64,000 nt of DNA from Bugula neritina (Eukaryota > Animalia > Bryozoa), in contig OZ037765.1 in assembly GCA_964035545.1 (NCBI GenBank), forward strand, positions 30,627,504 through 30,691,503, in the 5' to 3' direction. This document shows positions 1 through 12,917 of this stretch, one piece after another. Under the pieces are notes generated by a model. The model saw only the letters and a program-made list of their open reading frames with translations. It did no database searches and was not told where the DNA came from. Each line of letters begins with the position of its first letter. Position 1 is the first letter of the stretch. A program made the translations under genes and the position numbers.

Positions 1-3000
1 AACTGGCAACATACTGCAATGACCTGCTACTGGTTGCCAAGAAACTCACTTCTGATTTTGCCAAGTCTGACACGCATGTCAAACCTACTGGTAATTCTCA
101 CTTTGAGTTTACTTCTTGTATGTATAAGGTTTAGTTGATGACTCACGTTGTGCTGTTGCAAGCCTCTGTTGAAGTAATTTTATGTATCAACGGGTATGTT
201 GTATTTGGATGTTAAATGTTTTTATGGAATTGCATTGTGATCTAAGGTTTAAACAACTAGCAAAGTGTAATATTTTGAAAAGAAAATTTGAAGAGGTTTA
301 AACAGGTCCTCTCATTCTACAGTTTTAGAAAGTTTTAAAACTTTTTAAAAACAAACTTGAGATCTAAAGAATCTAAGAAATGTATGTAAATTAAAAAGAT
401 GTTCATGTGTCATTAGTATCTACGCAATATCTTCATTAGACATATGTAATCCACTATGCCATAGATTCTAATTTTTCGTATTACTATAAAGCTTGAGATC
501 AGAGACATATGCACTAGGCAACTAGTTTTCAAGTTATAAGATCAAAAAAGTATATTTTGTGTGAAATTAGGTGGTGTCTTTTTCTAAACGTTTTTTGTTT
601 TCATACATTGTAGATTATGTTTTGTATAGTATAGCAAACATTATGTTGATTAAAATAAGTAATTTCGTACCTTCATTGAAAAAATTCTTTGTAGCATATT
701 AGAGCTCTAGAAATGTGGATGATGAGGGAGTTTTAACTTTTAAAATTTGCTGTGTGAACTTGTAGAAGTTGAGCGAATGTTGTGTTAATTTCCCTATGTG
801 TCATGCTTGCAGTGAAAAAGGAAATACTGGTGCTGCTAGGACAGTTCTGCTCATGTTCTCCCTCGTCTATGAGTGAAATCTCAGACAGCTTGGCTGAGAA
901 GATTATCAGCACTCTTCAGTATCAGGTATGTGCTACTAGTTAGTCAGTGTACTACTAGACAGTCAGTGTACTACTAGACAGTCAGTGTACTACTAGTCAG
1001 TCAGTCAGTGTACTACTAGTCAGTCAGTCAGTATACTACTAGTCAGTCAGTGTACTACTAGTCAGTCAGTATACTACTAGTCAGTCAGTATACTACTAGA
1101 CAGTCAGTATACTACTAGACAGTCAGTATACTACTAGTCAGTCAGTATACTACTAGACAGTCAGTATACTACTAGATAGTCAACCAGTCAGTCAGATTAC
1201 GGCTTCAATTGGCGCTGTGATTGTAACTATGCAGACTGGGTTTGAGCATGTGCGTACTTGTAGATGAATAGAAGCAGAGCACCAGAGACTGCCATTATAT
1301 CCGGCTGTTTTCTCTCTCTTGGCTATTTACTCGGCCCTTTTGATAGATCCGGTTATCCTGAACAGGTATAGCAGACTATTTATGCAATGTTACTTATTAT
1401 TCTTATAAAAATTAGGCTTAGCTAAGTTGATTACAGTAAGATAGCTATTTATTTTCTGATATGTAATAGTTCAACTTGGAGTATCTTACTTTTTTATCTA
1501 AAGTTAATGAGTTTGATGCATTATTTTACTTAAAACGTCTTTGATTGTTTTTTTAAAGTTCATTATGGCTAATTAGTTCATGAATAGTGATTGTAAAGCG
1601 AATCAATCCAGCCCCAACTTGTTAGCACTTTCTGTTTAGTCTAAGTGTTTTTTTTAGAGTTGTCGAAAAAGTTCTTCTTTGTACATTGCAAAATATACAG
1701 TTATTAGTATTTAATCATGATATTTTGTTGATATTTGTTCAGTGCAGTTTTAAAGAATTGATCAAAAAGTTAAAGCTAAAAATGTGATTTGTTGCACTCT
1801 CAACCAATCAAATTATATTATAGATTTTCTATCTGGTAGTAAATATTTCAGGTCAACACCATTTTTACCTGCTTAGCCAAGGGAATAGACTCATCTATAA
1901 AAACCACACGGTATGATATTCCAAAGAGTGCTTTGGAGTTATTGGCTAAACATGGAGAACAGTTTAGAAAACATCTTTTACAGAATTACGAGGTGATTTA
2001 CATCATACTTTATTAACAATATTTCTTTCTATTGAATGAAACTTTTTTCTTGTATCTTTAACATTTTTTAACTTTGTGTAAAAGTAATTCATCTACTGGT
2101 GCTTTTACAGGTTTTGTATACCAGGCTAAGAGAGTTTACCTCAATAAATAATCCAGAAGTAAAAAAGATTGCAATGTCTGCTACTGAAACATTCCTCAGA
2201 CAGGTGAGTGTGATGTCACTCTTGGACAGGTGAGTGTTATGTCACTTTCAGACAGGGGAGTGTGATGTCACTTTCAGACAGGTGAGTGTTATGTCACCCT
2301 CAGACAGGTGAGTGTGATGTCACTCTCAGACAGGCGAGTGAGATGTCACTCTCAGACAGGTGAATGTGATGTCACTTTCAGACAGGTGAATGCGATGTCA
2401 CTCTCAGACAGGTGAGTGTATGGCCAACACAGACAATCTACATTTAGTATTTATCTCTTGAAACAAGCTGTTCAGATGGTCAAAAGTTATTAGAAATAAT
2501 TGTTAGCAATCTCAGACCCCATAATTTGATAAACCAGTGATAATGTAAATCTAGCAAAGTGTTTATGGGATAGTGACGGGGCTAGAGTGGTGAAACTTGT
2601 TTAGACCTTGACCTTTTACCCTGCAGGTTGGTGCTGAGCTGGCTGATCCATGGGATGACAGTTTAACAGAGGAGAAGCAAAGAAATATATTTGGTTTCTT
2701 CCTTAAGGATTTTGTGACGCTCATGAAATCAACATCTTCTAACCTGCGCTCTGTCTCTCAGGCTATCAGAAGCTTTGGATATTTTGCTGCTGTAAGTTTA
2801 ATTTATAAAGTATAAAAGGGTTTGTTTTTAATTGTGCGACTACTAATACAAAACATACTTAATGATGTATACTTTCATTCGTTGTTTTTTCTCAAAGCTT
2901 TCAATAAGTTGTCTTCTTTTCTCATGGCTCTAAAAAGTGTTGGCAACTATAGAAGACAAATAGATGAATAAGCAAAACAATTATATTGTGCAACTGTTTA

Positions 3001-6000
3001 CATGAACAGATTGCAGATATAACTATGGTTGAGCAATTTTCTTAAAGGTCTCTTTTATTGTAAAATTAATTTTTTTGGAAAACTTTCCTCAACTGTTGAT
3101 TATTACAACTACACAACTACATAAAAAATAGTCATCATTAATTGATTTAATAAATTTAAGATTTGAATGCACAGACTCAAATTTGAGTAGCTTTTAATCA
3201 CTCTGTGATATGCAACTCAATTGTAAACTACAAAATTTAGTTAACTGTATTTTAACATCGTAAAATATAATGCCCTTTGTGTTCAAACAATATGTATACT
3301 ACCATGTTGGATAATCATTACATGTTCTAATGATTTGAGTTGCACATGCTACGTATATTATTCTAGGCTTTCAAGAAGTTTCAAGGTGAGGGTGAGGTGA
3401 GAGATATGCTCACTATACTACTAGAGAAATGTATACAGGTTTGTATCACCGAGGATGAGACAGCCGACAGCAAGGCAGCATTCTTACCCTCTTTCCTACA
3501 GAGTCTAGCAAACATTGTCAAGCAGATAGACTTGGTATGTTCTATCAGTGTGTAAAGTATTTGTGGCCTTTATCTTTTTATTAATAATTGCAAAAATTAG
3601 GCAATAAATGAGTTCAAATTTCATTTAATCTTTTCGGACAAATGAGAGGAAGAATGCTAATGGATTTTTAGCTGATGCATTATATTTTATGTCATTAATA
3701 TATGATAAAATGTTATAATTATTATAATAATATTATTATCATGTATGCTATATAATATATGATATTCATATGATTTCAATTATTGAAAAGCACATTACTT
3801 ACAAAGGAAGTGGATGTCCTTCTAATGTATCTGTATTTGAGATTGTTCTATTTAGATATTCATTTGCAGATTGATGATGGTATATCGGAAGCCCTAACTG
3901 GCATATTTTCACTCACACTGAATGCGTACCCGACACTCGCTGGAGCTGTTCACCAGAGCTGTACTTCTGCCATCATACAGTTTGTTTATACCATCTGCTC
4001 AATGGCACAGAAACCCGTACGGCTGCTTTCAGATTTGGGTAAGCCCAGTCATTATCTAGAATCTAGACGATACAGTTTTTTAGAAGAGTCTTTTGGCATT
4101 TCAAATTTAGTTATTTCAATTTTTTGTGCCATCTGATAAAAAATAGGCTATTTTTCAAGGCCCATGTATTAGTTTAGCTATAACTATTTTCATGCGTATT
4201 ATAAATATTTAAGTGATCTATATATGTTGTGTTATATTTTCACAATGTACTAAGTGTTGTTGTGTTTATAGTGTACCAGGTCTTACTACGTACTTGCATG
4301 CATGACCCTGTCATAGAAGGAGAATCTCTATCCACACTTTCTGAAGATGGCAATAAGAAAATATCTTACAAAGACTACACCCAGCTATGGGCTGACCTTC
4401 TTAGTCCTAGAAAGTATACGGTAAGCTTATATAAACAACAGTTCTCTATTTCTTAAATACTACCTAATGTAATACTTAATATGATCATTTAGACTAACAT
4501 AACCGCTGCTGTTACTATAGTTTATTTATTCAACAGGCCGCCATTGGAATAACAGGAGTTAGTTCACTGGAAAACGTTGTGTATGGTGAGATGGTGAAGA
4601 GTTTGTTTAGAATATGTGATAAACTGGATCTGTCTACATCTCCAGCCTCTTTGGAGGTAGTGTCCCTCTTACTTCTATATCTCTGGTGTTGTTAGCTATA
4701 GCTCCAACTAACATCCATTTCTTTAATTTTTGTTTGAAACTTGGTTTCAAGTACAACTGCTTTAATTATTGCGTTCGTAACTTTTTATGCTAAAATTGAT
4801 TAATAAAAATTCAATTTTTCTAGAACACTGTTTTTGGTATTAACTCACTGTTATAATTGATATATATTTGATATACAATATTAAAATATAGAAACCTGCA
4901 TGCAGCTTCTGTTTAGATTTCATGATTGTGGAAGAAGAGCTGTGGTCTGGTAGGAATACCATAAATTCAGAATACCAATAATCTCACAGATAGTATATTC
5001 CATCAGCATATTATACTTTCATTTCACATTCATTACAGCCTAGTTTTATGATATAAACTGGAATTTTTTCAAAACTCATTTTTGTATTTCTATTCAATTT
5101 AGAAGCTGGAGGAAGGCGGGGAAAATGTGACAGGCACTACAATCAATGAACCGAACAAAATTAAAGATTATCAAATATTGATAAATCTGAGTGACTTTGC
5201 CAAAGTCGTCTTACAGGAAGTTAAGACTGAGAACTTCAACGACTGGGCATTTACCTATTGCCATGCTATAATCAAACATTCCTCTAAGTAAGTTTTCTCA
5301 GGTCATAAGTATGTAATGGAAGAAATCGTGTCTAACAGGGTATACAGTTAGGTGTCATAGATATACAAAATATTATGTGTGATGAGTTTCAATTGGTATA
5401 GTTTTTTTTATCAAGTCTATACACTTGATTTCTATCAAGTGCTAAGTTTGTTAAAATGTCTTCATGTCACATCACTTTCTTAGATGACTCTGTAAGTAAA
5501 AGGCTGCTAGTGCAAGGCATCAAGATATTTTGACAACTTGTAAAGTCTTTGGCATAAAATTTCCATAAAACACAATCTTGTTCAGAAATACATTTGAGTT
5601 GTCTGCTCCATTTGGGTATAGTGTAATAATTTCACTATTATAGAAATCCAACAGTGAGCAGTTTCTATAAGCTGCTCACCGTTGCCATGGTAATATGTAC
5701 TAACAACAACTATTTTGAGCTGTCGGCTGCCGCGGACTCTGATGCTATGGACATTCTGAGTGAGAGCAGCGCTGCCACATTGATGACTCATCAACTAGTC
5801 AGCAAGTATCAGAAGAAGGTGATTTCTCCAGTTCTAACTTTTTTCTTGATTGTGTAAGAATAAGTTGCTCAATTTTGATCAATATGGGTGTAAGTGTACC
5901 GGAATTGTTAATTGATACGAGTCCATTTAAATTATGAAGTCAAGATGAGTAACTCCTTGCTTAAATTAGTCTGTGTTTTTTTAATTTTTAAATACCAACT

Positions 6001-9000
6001 GTTTTTCCAAACTTTAGTAATAATAGTAAAGATTTAGATTTTTATAGCAAGCCATAGTATCTTCATTAATGGAAGTTTTAGACAATGTTAGTAAATTTGT
6101 TTCCATATATATATATATCAGTGCTTGTAATTTAAATATTTTTGTGCTACATCTCTAAATACTTAGATGCTTGAGTTAAAATCATTTGCTAGGAAAGTAT
6201 ATTTTTGTGGACCAGTTTAATTGACTAATAGATGTGATCACAATATTTGGTACGGCTCATTGGTGTAAATGTGAGAGCATGTGGTGGTGCCTGGAAAAAC
6301 ATTGCAAGTTCTGGAGCCTAATTCTACTTTACATTAAACAAAGCCAGTACATAAAAACAGAGTAGCTGTAGAGAAAGTCTAAAAGCTCATATAATCCTTT
6401 ATTTATTGTGGTATTAAGCCATAGGTAATTTATTATATCTGGTTTGAGGACATGCTTTATGCTTTATGCTATACAGTGTATTACCACTAGTTTAAAAAGT
6501 TGACAACCAAGAATTTTATTCTTTACTAGTTTGTGTTTTGAATAAGTAGTTATCATAAAAGTATTGATATTTAAATTATTTTAAGAAACTGCTGGTTGTT
6601 ATAAATAGTGTAATGTAGCTGGAACTTCTGTGTACATAAGGTGTACGTCTGCTGGGCTCTATTTTAGGTTGTAACATGTATGAAGCAGTATAAGGATGAC
6701 TTACTAATATCCTGCTTGAGTTTTCTGTTCAGTTTACCTGTATCTATAATCAAATCTAACCTTGACACCACTTCTGAAGCTCTGCAGGTTGGTAGACTAA
6801 GTGTTATGTGGAGTCAAACACTATTAACATCTTCTCCTCCCTCCCCTCTCTCCTTTGTCCCCTCCCCTCTCTCCTTTGTCCCCTCCCCTCTCTCCTCTCC
6901 CCCTTTCTCTTTCTCCCTTTCTCTATTCCCTTTCCTCCTTTCCCCCTCTCCCTCTCTCCCTTTCTCTATTCCCTTTTTCCTCTCTTCCCTCCTTCTCCCT
7001 CTCTCCCTCTCTCTATTCTCTTTCTCCTCTCTTCCCTCCTTCCCTCGCTCTCCTTCCCCTCTGCCCCTTTCCATCTCCATATCCCCCCTTTCCTCCTCTC
7101 TTTCAAGGATTATCTTCAACAATGCCAGTTTCTTTTTTAAACGTTTACTTATTGAGTAATTGTGAAATGAAGAATAAGTTAATGTCTGACCATTTGTCAC
7201 TCCATACTTAATTCTTTCATTTTTTATTTTGCTGGCTGTTATGTGTATTGTATAAATATTGGCTTTCAATAATGTTTGTAGATGGGACTCTCTCTCGGTC
7301 TGAGTTATCCACCCCTTATCAGACAATGTGTGAATACTCTCAGGCTACTCATAGACTGTCTAGAAAAACATGAGCTGGTGGAAAAGCTTGAGTTACTTCT
7401 GCCATATTTTGATAAGTTTCTACAATCTTCCAGTGAGTTGGTGGAGCCATTTTCTAGCATTTAGAGATATATTATTATCAAAATAACCATCTACATATAT
7501 TATTGATGGATTCTACCAGCTTAGACATTTTTCTGCTAGTTGTATATAATTGCTTTTTAATGATTTACTTAGTGATGATTTTGACCTGAGTAAGTCATAC
7601 TAAGACATTTCTGATGAAGTAGAATATAAAACATTCAAATATATGTGGACAAAATCTTATTAAAATGTCATATATTTAGTTTGTTACTTTTGCAATAAGA
7701 TATTACTCTGGAGTAGCCAAAGTTTCAGACCACTTTTGAAGTTCGAGTCTCATTGCTACCCCATAATTTTTGCCTACGAAAAATGTTTGCTTAGTCAAGA
7801 CAAAAAACTATCTCAATTATAGTTCCAATTTTTAGTTGTCAATTTTTTAAATATTGATTATTGATTTATTAAGGAAGTTATTATTAGTGTTTTAATATTG
7901 CATTTGAATGTATTTAATGAAGTGTTTTTATCCATTTCAATATCAATATTATTAACAAATGTTTAGATACAGCATACTAAATTTGTACCTATACTTTCCA
8001 CCAGTGTGAAAACACACCCTGTTTTATTATGCTGTGTTTGTATAGACTGGTGTGTTCAAATTCGTTGCAGATCAAGCAGAAAATGAACATGTTGATGAAA
8101 TTCCCCGCAGAGTCTTAAAAAATAAACAACGTTTAAAACTTCCGCCTGCTCTGCTAAGACTGGCTAAGGAAAAGATGCTGGTATTTACACTATATCTCAC
8201 TATTAAGTGTTCATTGTCTTAACCATGTATACCATAATTTAAATGAAAATTTTCCCACGGTCATCACATTATGTTCATTTGAACTTTCAATGCAGCAGTG
8301 CATTATTTTCTTGAACCGTAGTGCACGCTTCTTGTAAGTTAACAGCTACTGATTAGACTCAAGCTAAATTTTTCTTGACAGAATATCTTAAGAGTATTGG
8401 TGTTTTTTATGAATTTTCCATCTTTAAACTCATTGTATGGCTTGCCTTTTCTCACCTGTGTATTAGCTGTAATAGTGTTTTGCATTCATATATTACGGCT
8501 ACCACATATTTTGAGCCTGTGGCCAGCCTCTTGCTGATTTAGAGTTGATTTTCTTATGCAGTCCGGGCGGACGGAGGTTCAGAAACTGAAACTGGAGGTT
8601 CTGGCCTTTCTGGGAAGTCTTGGAGGAGAGTTGAATCACTATGTGATCAGCAGTGATAGAAAGAGTCTTGCTCAGTTAGCTGTTTCGTGGGATACCAAGT
8701 CGCACCTCCCTTTCCACGTGCCTTTTAGAGAAACTAAGGCAGATATCTATCTAGGTAATACACTGTAAATCATAGCTAGTAGATCATGAAGATTCAATTG
8801 TATTTTGAAGTTTTTTTTTTTATAAACACACATAGAAATTAAAATGTCACTGTTTGAACTTATGAAAGAAACTTGGAGTTGTAATCCTTGGCCATATTTA
8901 CTTGAAAATTCTTAACTTTGCAAAATTAAAATTCTTATGGCACCTACTTTCTATGCTATGCTGATTGAACTCTGAAATTGATCAGCTATTTACTGCATTC

Positions 9001-12000
9001 TCGGTTATTTAGATTAAGTAGCTTCCTCACCTTAATGATTGAGAGTTGTCAACTTTTATGAAAGGCCCACAACTTAGTGCTCTAAGATATAGGAGTTATC
9101 TTACCAATCATCATAAATATGCTCGTATTGCAGATAAGTTTCTACCACACACCTGCGAGCTGGCGATGTCTAGCAGCAATCGACAAACTAAAGTTGTAGC
9201 CTGTGAACTCCTGCATAGCTTTGTGATCTTACTGTTGGGTAATGATGCCACTCGTCCAGAAGGGTACTCGAAGAAGAATTCGGCTGAAAAGATATACTCA
9301 AAACTCTTCCCAGTGTTGCTTAGCCTCTCTGTAGACATGGAGCAGGTATGTGGGTATTCAGTGTATTAAGTTGATATTTGCTTTGAGGAACTCTTGAAAT
9401 GTTGCCTAAAAGTATTAGGATTACATCTAGTTTATTATATCTATTATATTATATTTTATCTATTATGTTATATCTATTTTTTTATATCTATTATATTTTA
9501 TCTATTATATTGTATCTATTATGATTATATATATTATAGGACCAATATGCTTGGGTATACTACCCTGAAGTTGTATTTAACTGATAGCTAAGTTGCATGT
9601 GAATAATTTAATGTTGCATACATATAAGGTGTTAAGGATTCTGTAATTAAGGTTTTTGTGTGACTTACCTATGCTGTTGCTGAGTTTGGTTTGGTATAGC
9701 TTTTATTAATTCACCCAACTTATTAACATGTTCACAATGCTTAGAGTTTTTTTATTAAAATCCAGTATTGGTGTGTTGAAAAAGCTGATTGCATAAGACT
9801 GGCCATAATTCTAATATCTATGAATATGACATTTATAGCAATCATAACCACCTATTGAAAGTACATCAGCTTGCTTAAAGTTGGTTATCTCCCATGACCA
9901 GAATAAATTTAATCATTTAGTCATACACTGAATATAGAAGTACCCTTTGTTATTGTTTATTGCAGGTAGCCAAGCAACTGTTTGAGCCACTGGTTTTCCA
10001 ATTGATTCACTGGTTTACAAAGTTTCCAAGAAGGAAAGAGACAGCTTTACTTCTGGACACTCTAATGGTGAGCTTCAAACTCTGTCTAATTTTATCAAAA
10101 CTTCTCTGAACTCTTCCAAACTTTATTTACTTGTGATGGAAAAGGTCTTTGCTGTTCTTGTTTGATTTTAGCTCAGAAACTGTGATTTTTTGTCGCCGGT
10201 GTTTAAATTTAGATCATAATTATACTATAATATACTGTATAATATGTTTCTTGTTGATATTTGTGTTCAAAAACTCATAAGTCTTATAGATTTTGAATAT
10301 TTTACACAATGTAATATTTATGGTGTTCATCCTGAAAATATTATGCTAAGTAATTTTTTTTTGTAAAATATTATCGAACGAAAGTATTTGTAGATGTTTA
10401 AGCATCCCAACATGCTGCACCATGTATAGCTGATAAAATTACCATGCAGGTAAATTTCTCTATAATGTTATACTTGATTGTTTCCAACAGGATGGAGTAG
10501 AATCGGTGAACAACTCTGCTCTGCGTGAGTTCTCAGCCATGTGTGTGGCAGAGTTCTTAAGGTGGTCTATAAAGCACACCTCTGTAAAGGTCAGTGGAAC
10601 TTTTAGTCTGAGCTCTTATTTTCTCTGGCACTAAATGTTACCCGGCTGTGTTTTTATGGAATCTTTATACACCCTTACTGTTTTGGTTACAAAATTTGTT
10701 TTTAAAGCTGAAATTATTCAAGAAGTTTATAAAGTGTATTTTTTGTTAGAAGAGGACAAATTGCAGTCTTCTTTGTAATTAAGGAATTTAGCAATGGTTT
10801 CAGCACAGTGCAGTGTTCATAATAGTTCAGTAAGTTAATGTTAATGATGATTGGGATTAATTAAACATGACCATCACATACAATATGGTATTTTATAAAG
10901 AATTAATCTAGGTTTGATAATGATTGCATAGATAAATAAAATATACTAGTTATTATTAAATTAATTTTATTTTGTGTTACCCATCATGACTTAAAAGTTT
11001 AGATAACTGATATAAGTTTACTGTTTTGTACTTGAAAGCAGTTAATAACTCAAATTAAAAAAATAATTTTGGAAAAGCTCATTATGTGGAGTTGTCTTCC
11101 CATAGAGAAACTCATTTCTGTCTATAAGCAGAGTCAAGCATAGGCTGAAGATTGTTTTTCAGCAACAAAGAAAGAATCCGGAGAATGTGAAGCAGCTGCT
11201 CAGAAGAATGTTTAGTATGGCCAGACATCCGGGTTCTGGGAAGAGGAGAGGGGCGTGCTTTGTGTATAACCACACCTACATGGTACTCAGAGAGGAGGAG
11301 TCTTTGATTGACAAGTTCACCATGGAGATTCTGGTGTGTTTCATTGACTGTCTCGCCTGTGCACACGCTGATGACCCGAGTCTTGGTGAGCTTCACTACA
11401 CATTGGTTTCGTAATTCATTAAGAGTTATCTCCTCAAAGCCTTTCGGAATACCCATTTCTCACCTTTCACCGCCATGTCCTGATTGGGTGGCGGGTTAAT
11501 GCCCATTGATACAATAAAAATCTTTTTAAAAATATTGCTCTTGGTTTTAGACTCTGTGCCTACTTATTTTAATGGTTATTATGATTTATCTCATCTCAAA
11601 TGGGATTAAATAACTCACCCAAGCTTATAGTCGCTATTCCTATGAGAAACTCCCGATGGAAAGAGTTTTTGTTGAATCGGGCTAAGGACTTATTCAGATG
11701 AGGCACAGGAGCAATTATGACTGGATGTTCTTCCTAACATCACCAATTGCCTTTGTTTGGGTTTGAACCCATGACCTTCGTGTTCACTAGGCAAACGCTC
11801 TAACCCCTAGACCACGGCTGCTCCCTTCAAATTGGATTAAAGGCCTAAGATAAATTTTGCCTATATATCTAATTTTTATTTTCATTTATTAATTAAATAT
11901 ATTTTATTTACTTTGCCAAGTTTTTGCTAATGTTAACATTTTTGTGGCTGCTTTCTATAGAAACCCATCAAGAAGCGAAGAAATGTCTTTCACATGTGGA

Positions 12001-12874
12001 GAGAATCTTAAAGGCTAAAGCTCAGCTTTTTCTAGAACCTTCTAAACAAAGACGCATTCCACTGTAAGATTCTACTTTGAAATCATATCGGCTTACATTG
12101 TTATAGAGATGTTAGAAACATTCGCATCAAAAAATTTAATTTAAAAAAATTATAAATTTGGTGTTTTATGAATTTTAACGAGAAAAGTTTGACAGCTTGT
12201 TGAAGGCTGCTTACTTTTTGTACAACTGGGCCAACCTACACAGTCAAAGTGATTATTTATATGTTTACTGCTGTAAGCTGTTACACTAGCAGAGACTCTC
12301 TGTTGGTTAGTAAGGGCATTGAAAAGTAGCAGTAATAGTAAAACTTGAATGAACCTTAAGTAGCACTTGAGTAAAATTTGAGTAGAGCTTGTTTTACTAG
12401 TTTAAACTCTGAATATAGTGCCTTTTTTACTGTTTTGGATATATATGTTTCAATAGTTCTATGAAACACCAATCTCCATGAGGTTCACAGTCTAAGTTGA
12501 TATCATTCAGGGGCTGGACTACCTGCACCCTGAAGGATGCCGTTCTCTGGCTGCTGTCTCAAGTTGGTAGAAGTGAGACAGAGTGTAGACACGCCTGTAT
12601 GGATCTCATCTCTAACCTCGCCCCCTGTCTCTCTCCAGGTTCTTCTGGTTTACTCTCCTGTGTCGTGAAATTGTCTGTTAGGACCATTTCACGACACTTT
12701 CTATAAAATGTGTATTTTACTTTTTTTGTTGTTTGAAATTTGATAGTTTGTTTTAGTAAATAGGTAATTTTATTACCTATTGATTGCTATTACCTATTTA
12801 CTACTACATTTATTATTATTACGTATTGACTAATGCCTGTCTACTACTACTACTACTACCACCGCCGCCACCAC

Positions 12875-12917
<43 letters not shown>

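Noticed and set aside
6808-7326. Overlapping long ORFs (Ser/Pro/Leu-rich on +, Glu/Arg/Gly-rich on -)
   Set aside because: Artefacts of the CT-rich tract, which lacks stops. They lie inside a PRKDC intron.
11750-11826. tRNA gene
   Set aside because: A/B boxes are present, but they form the head of a multi-copy SINE with TSDs and no convincing cloverleaf.
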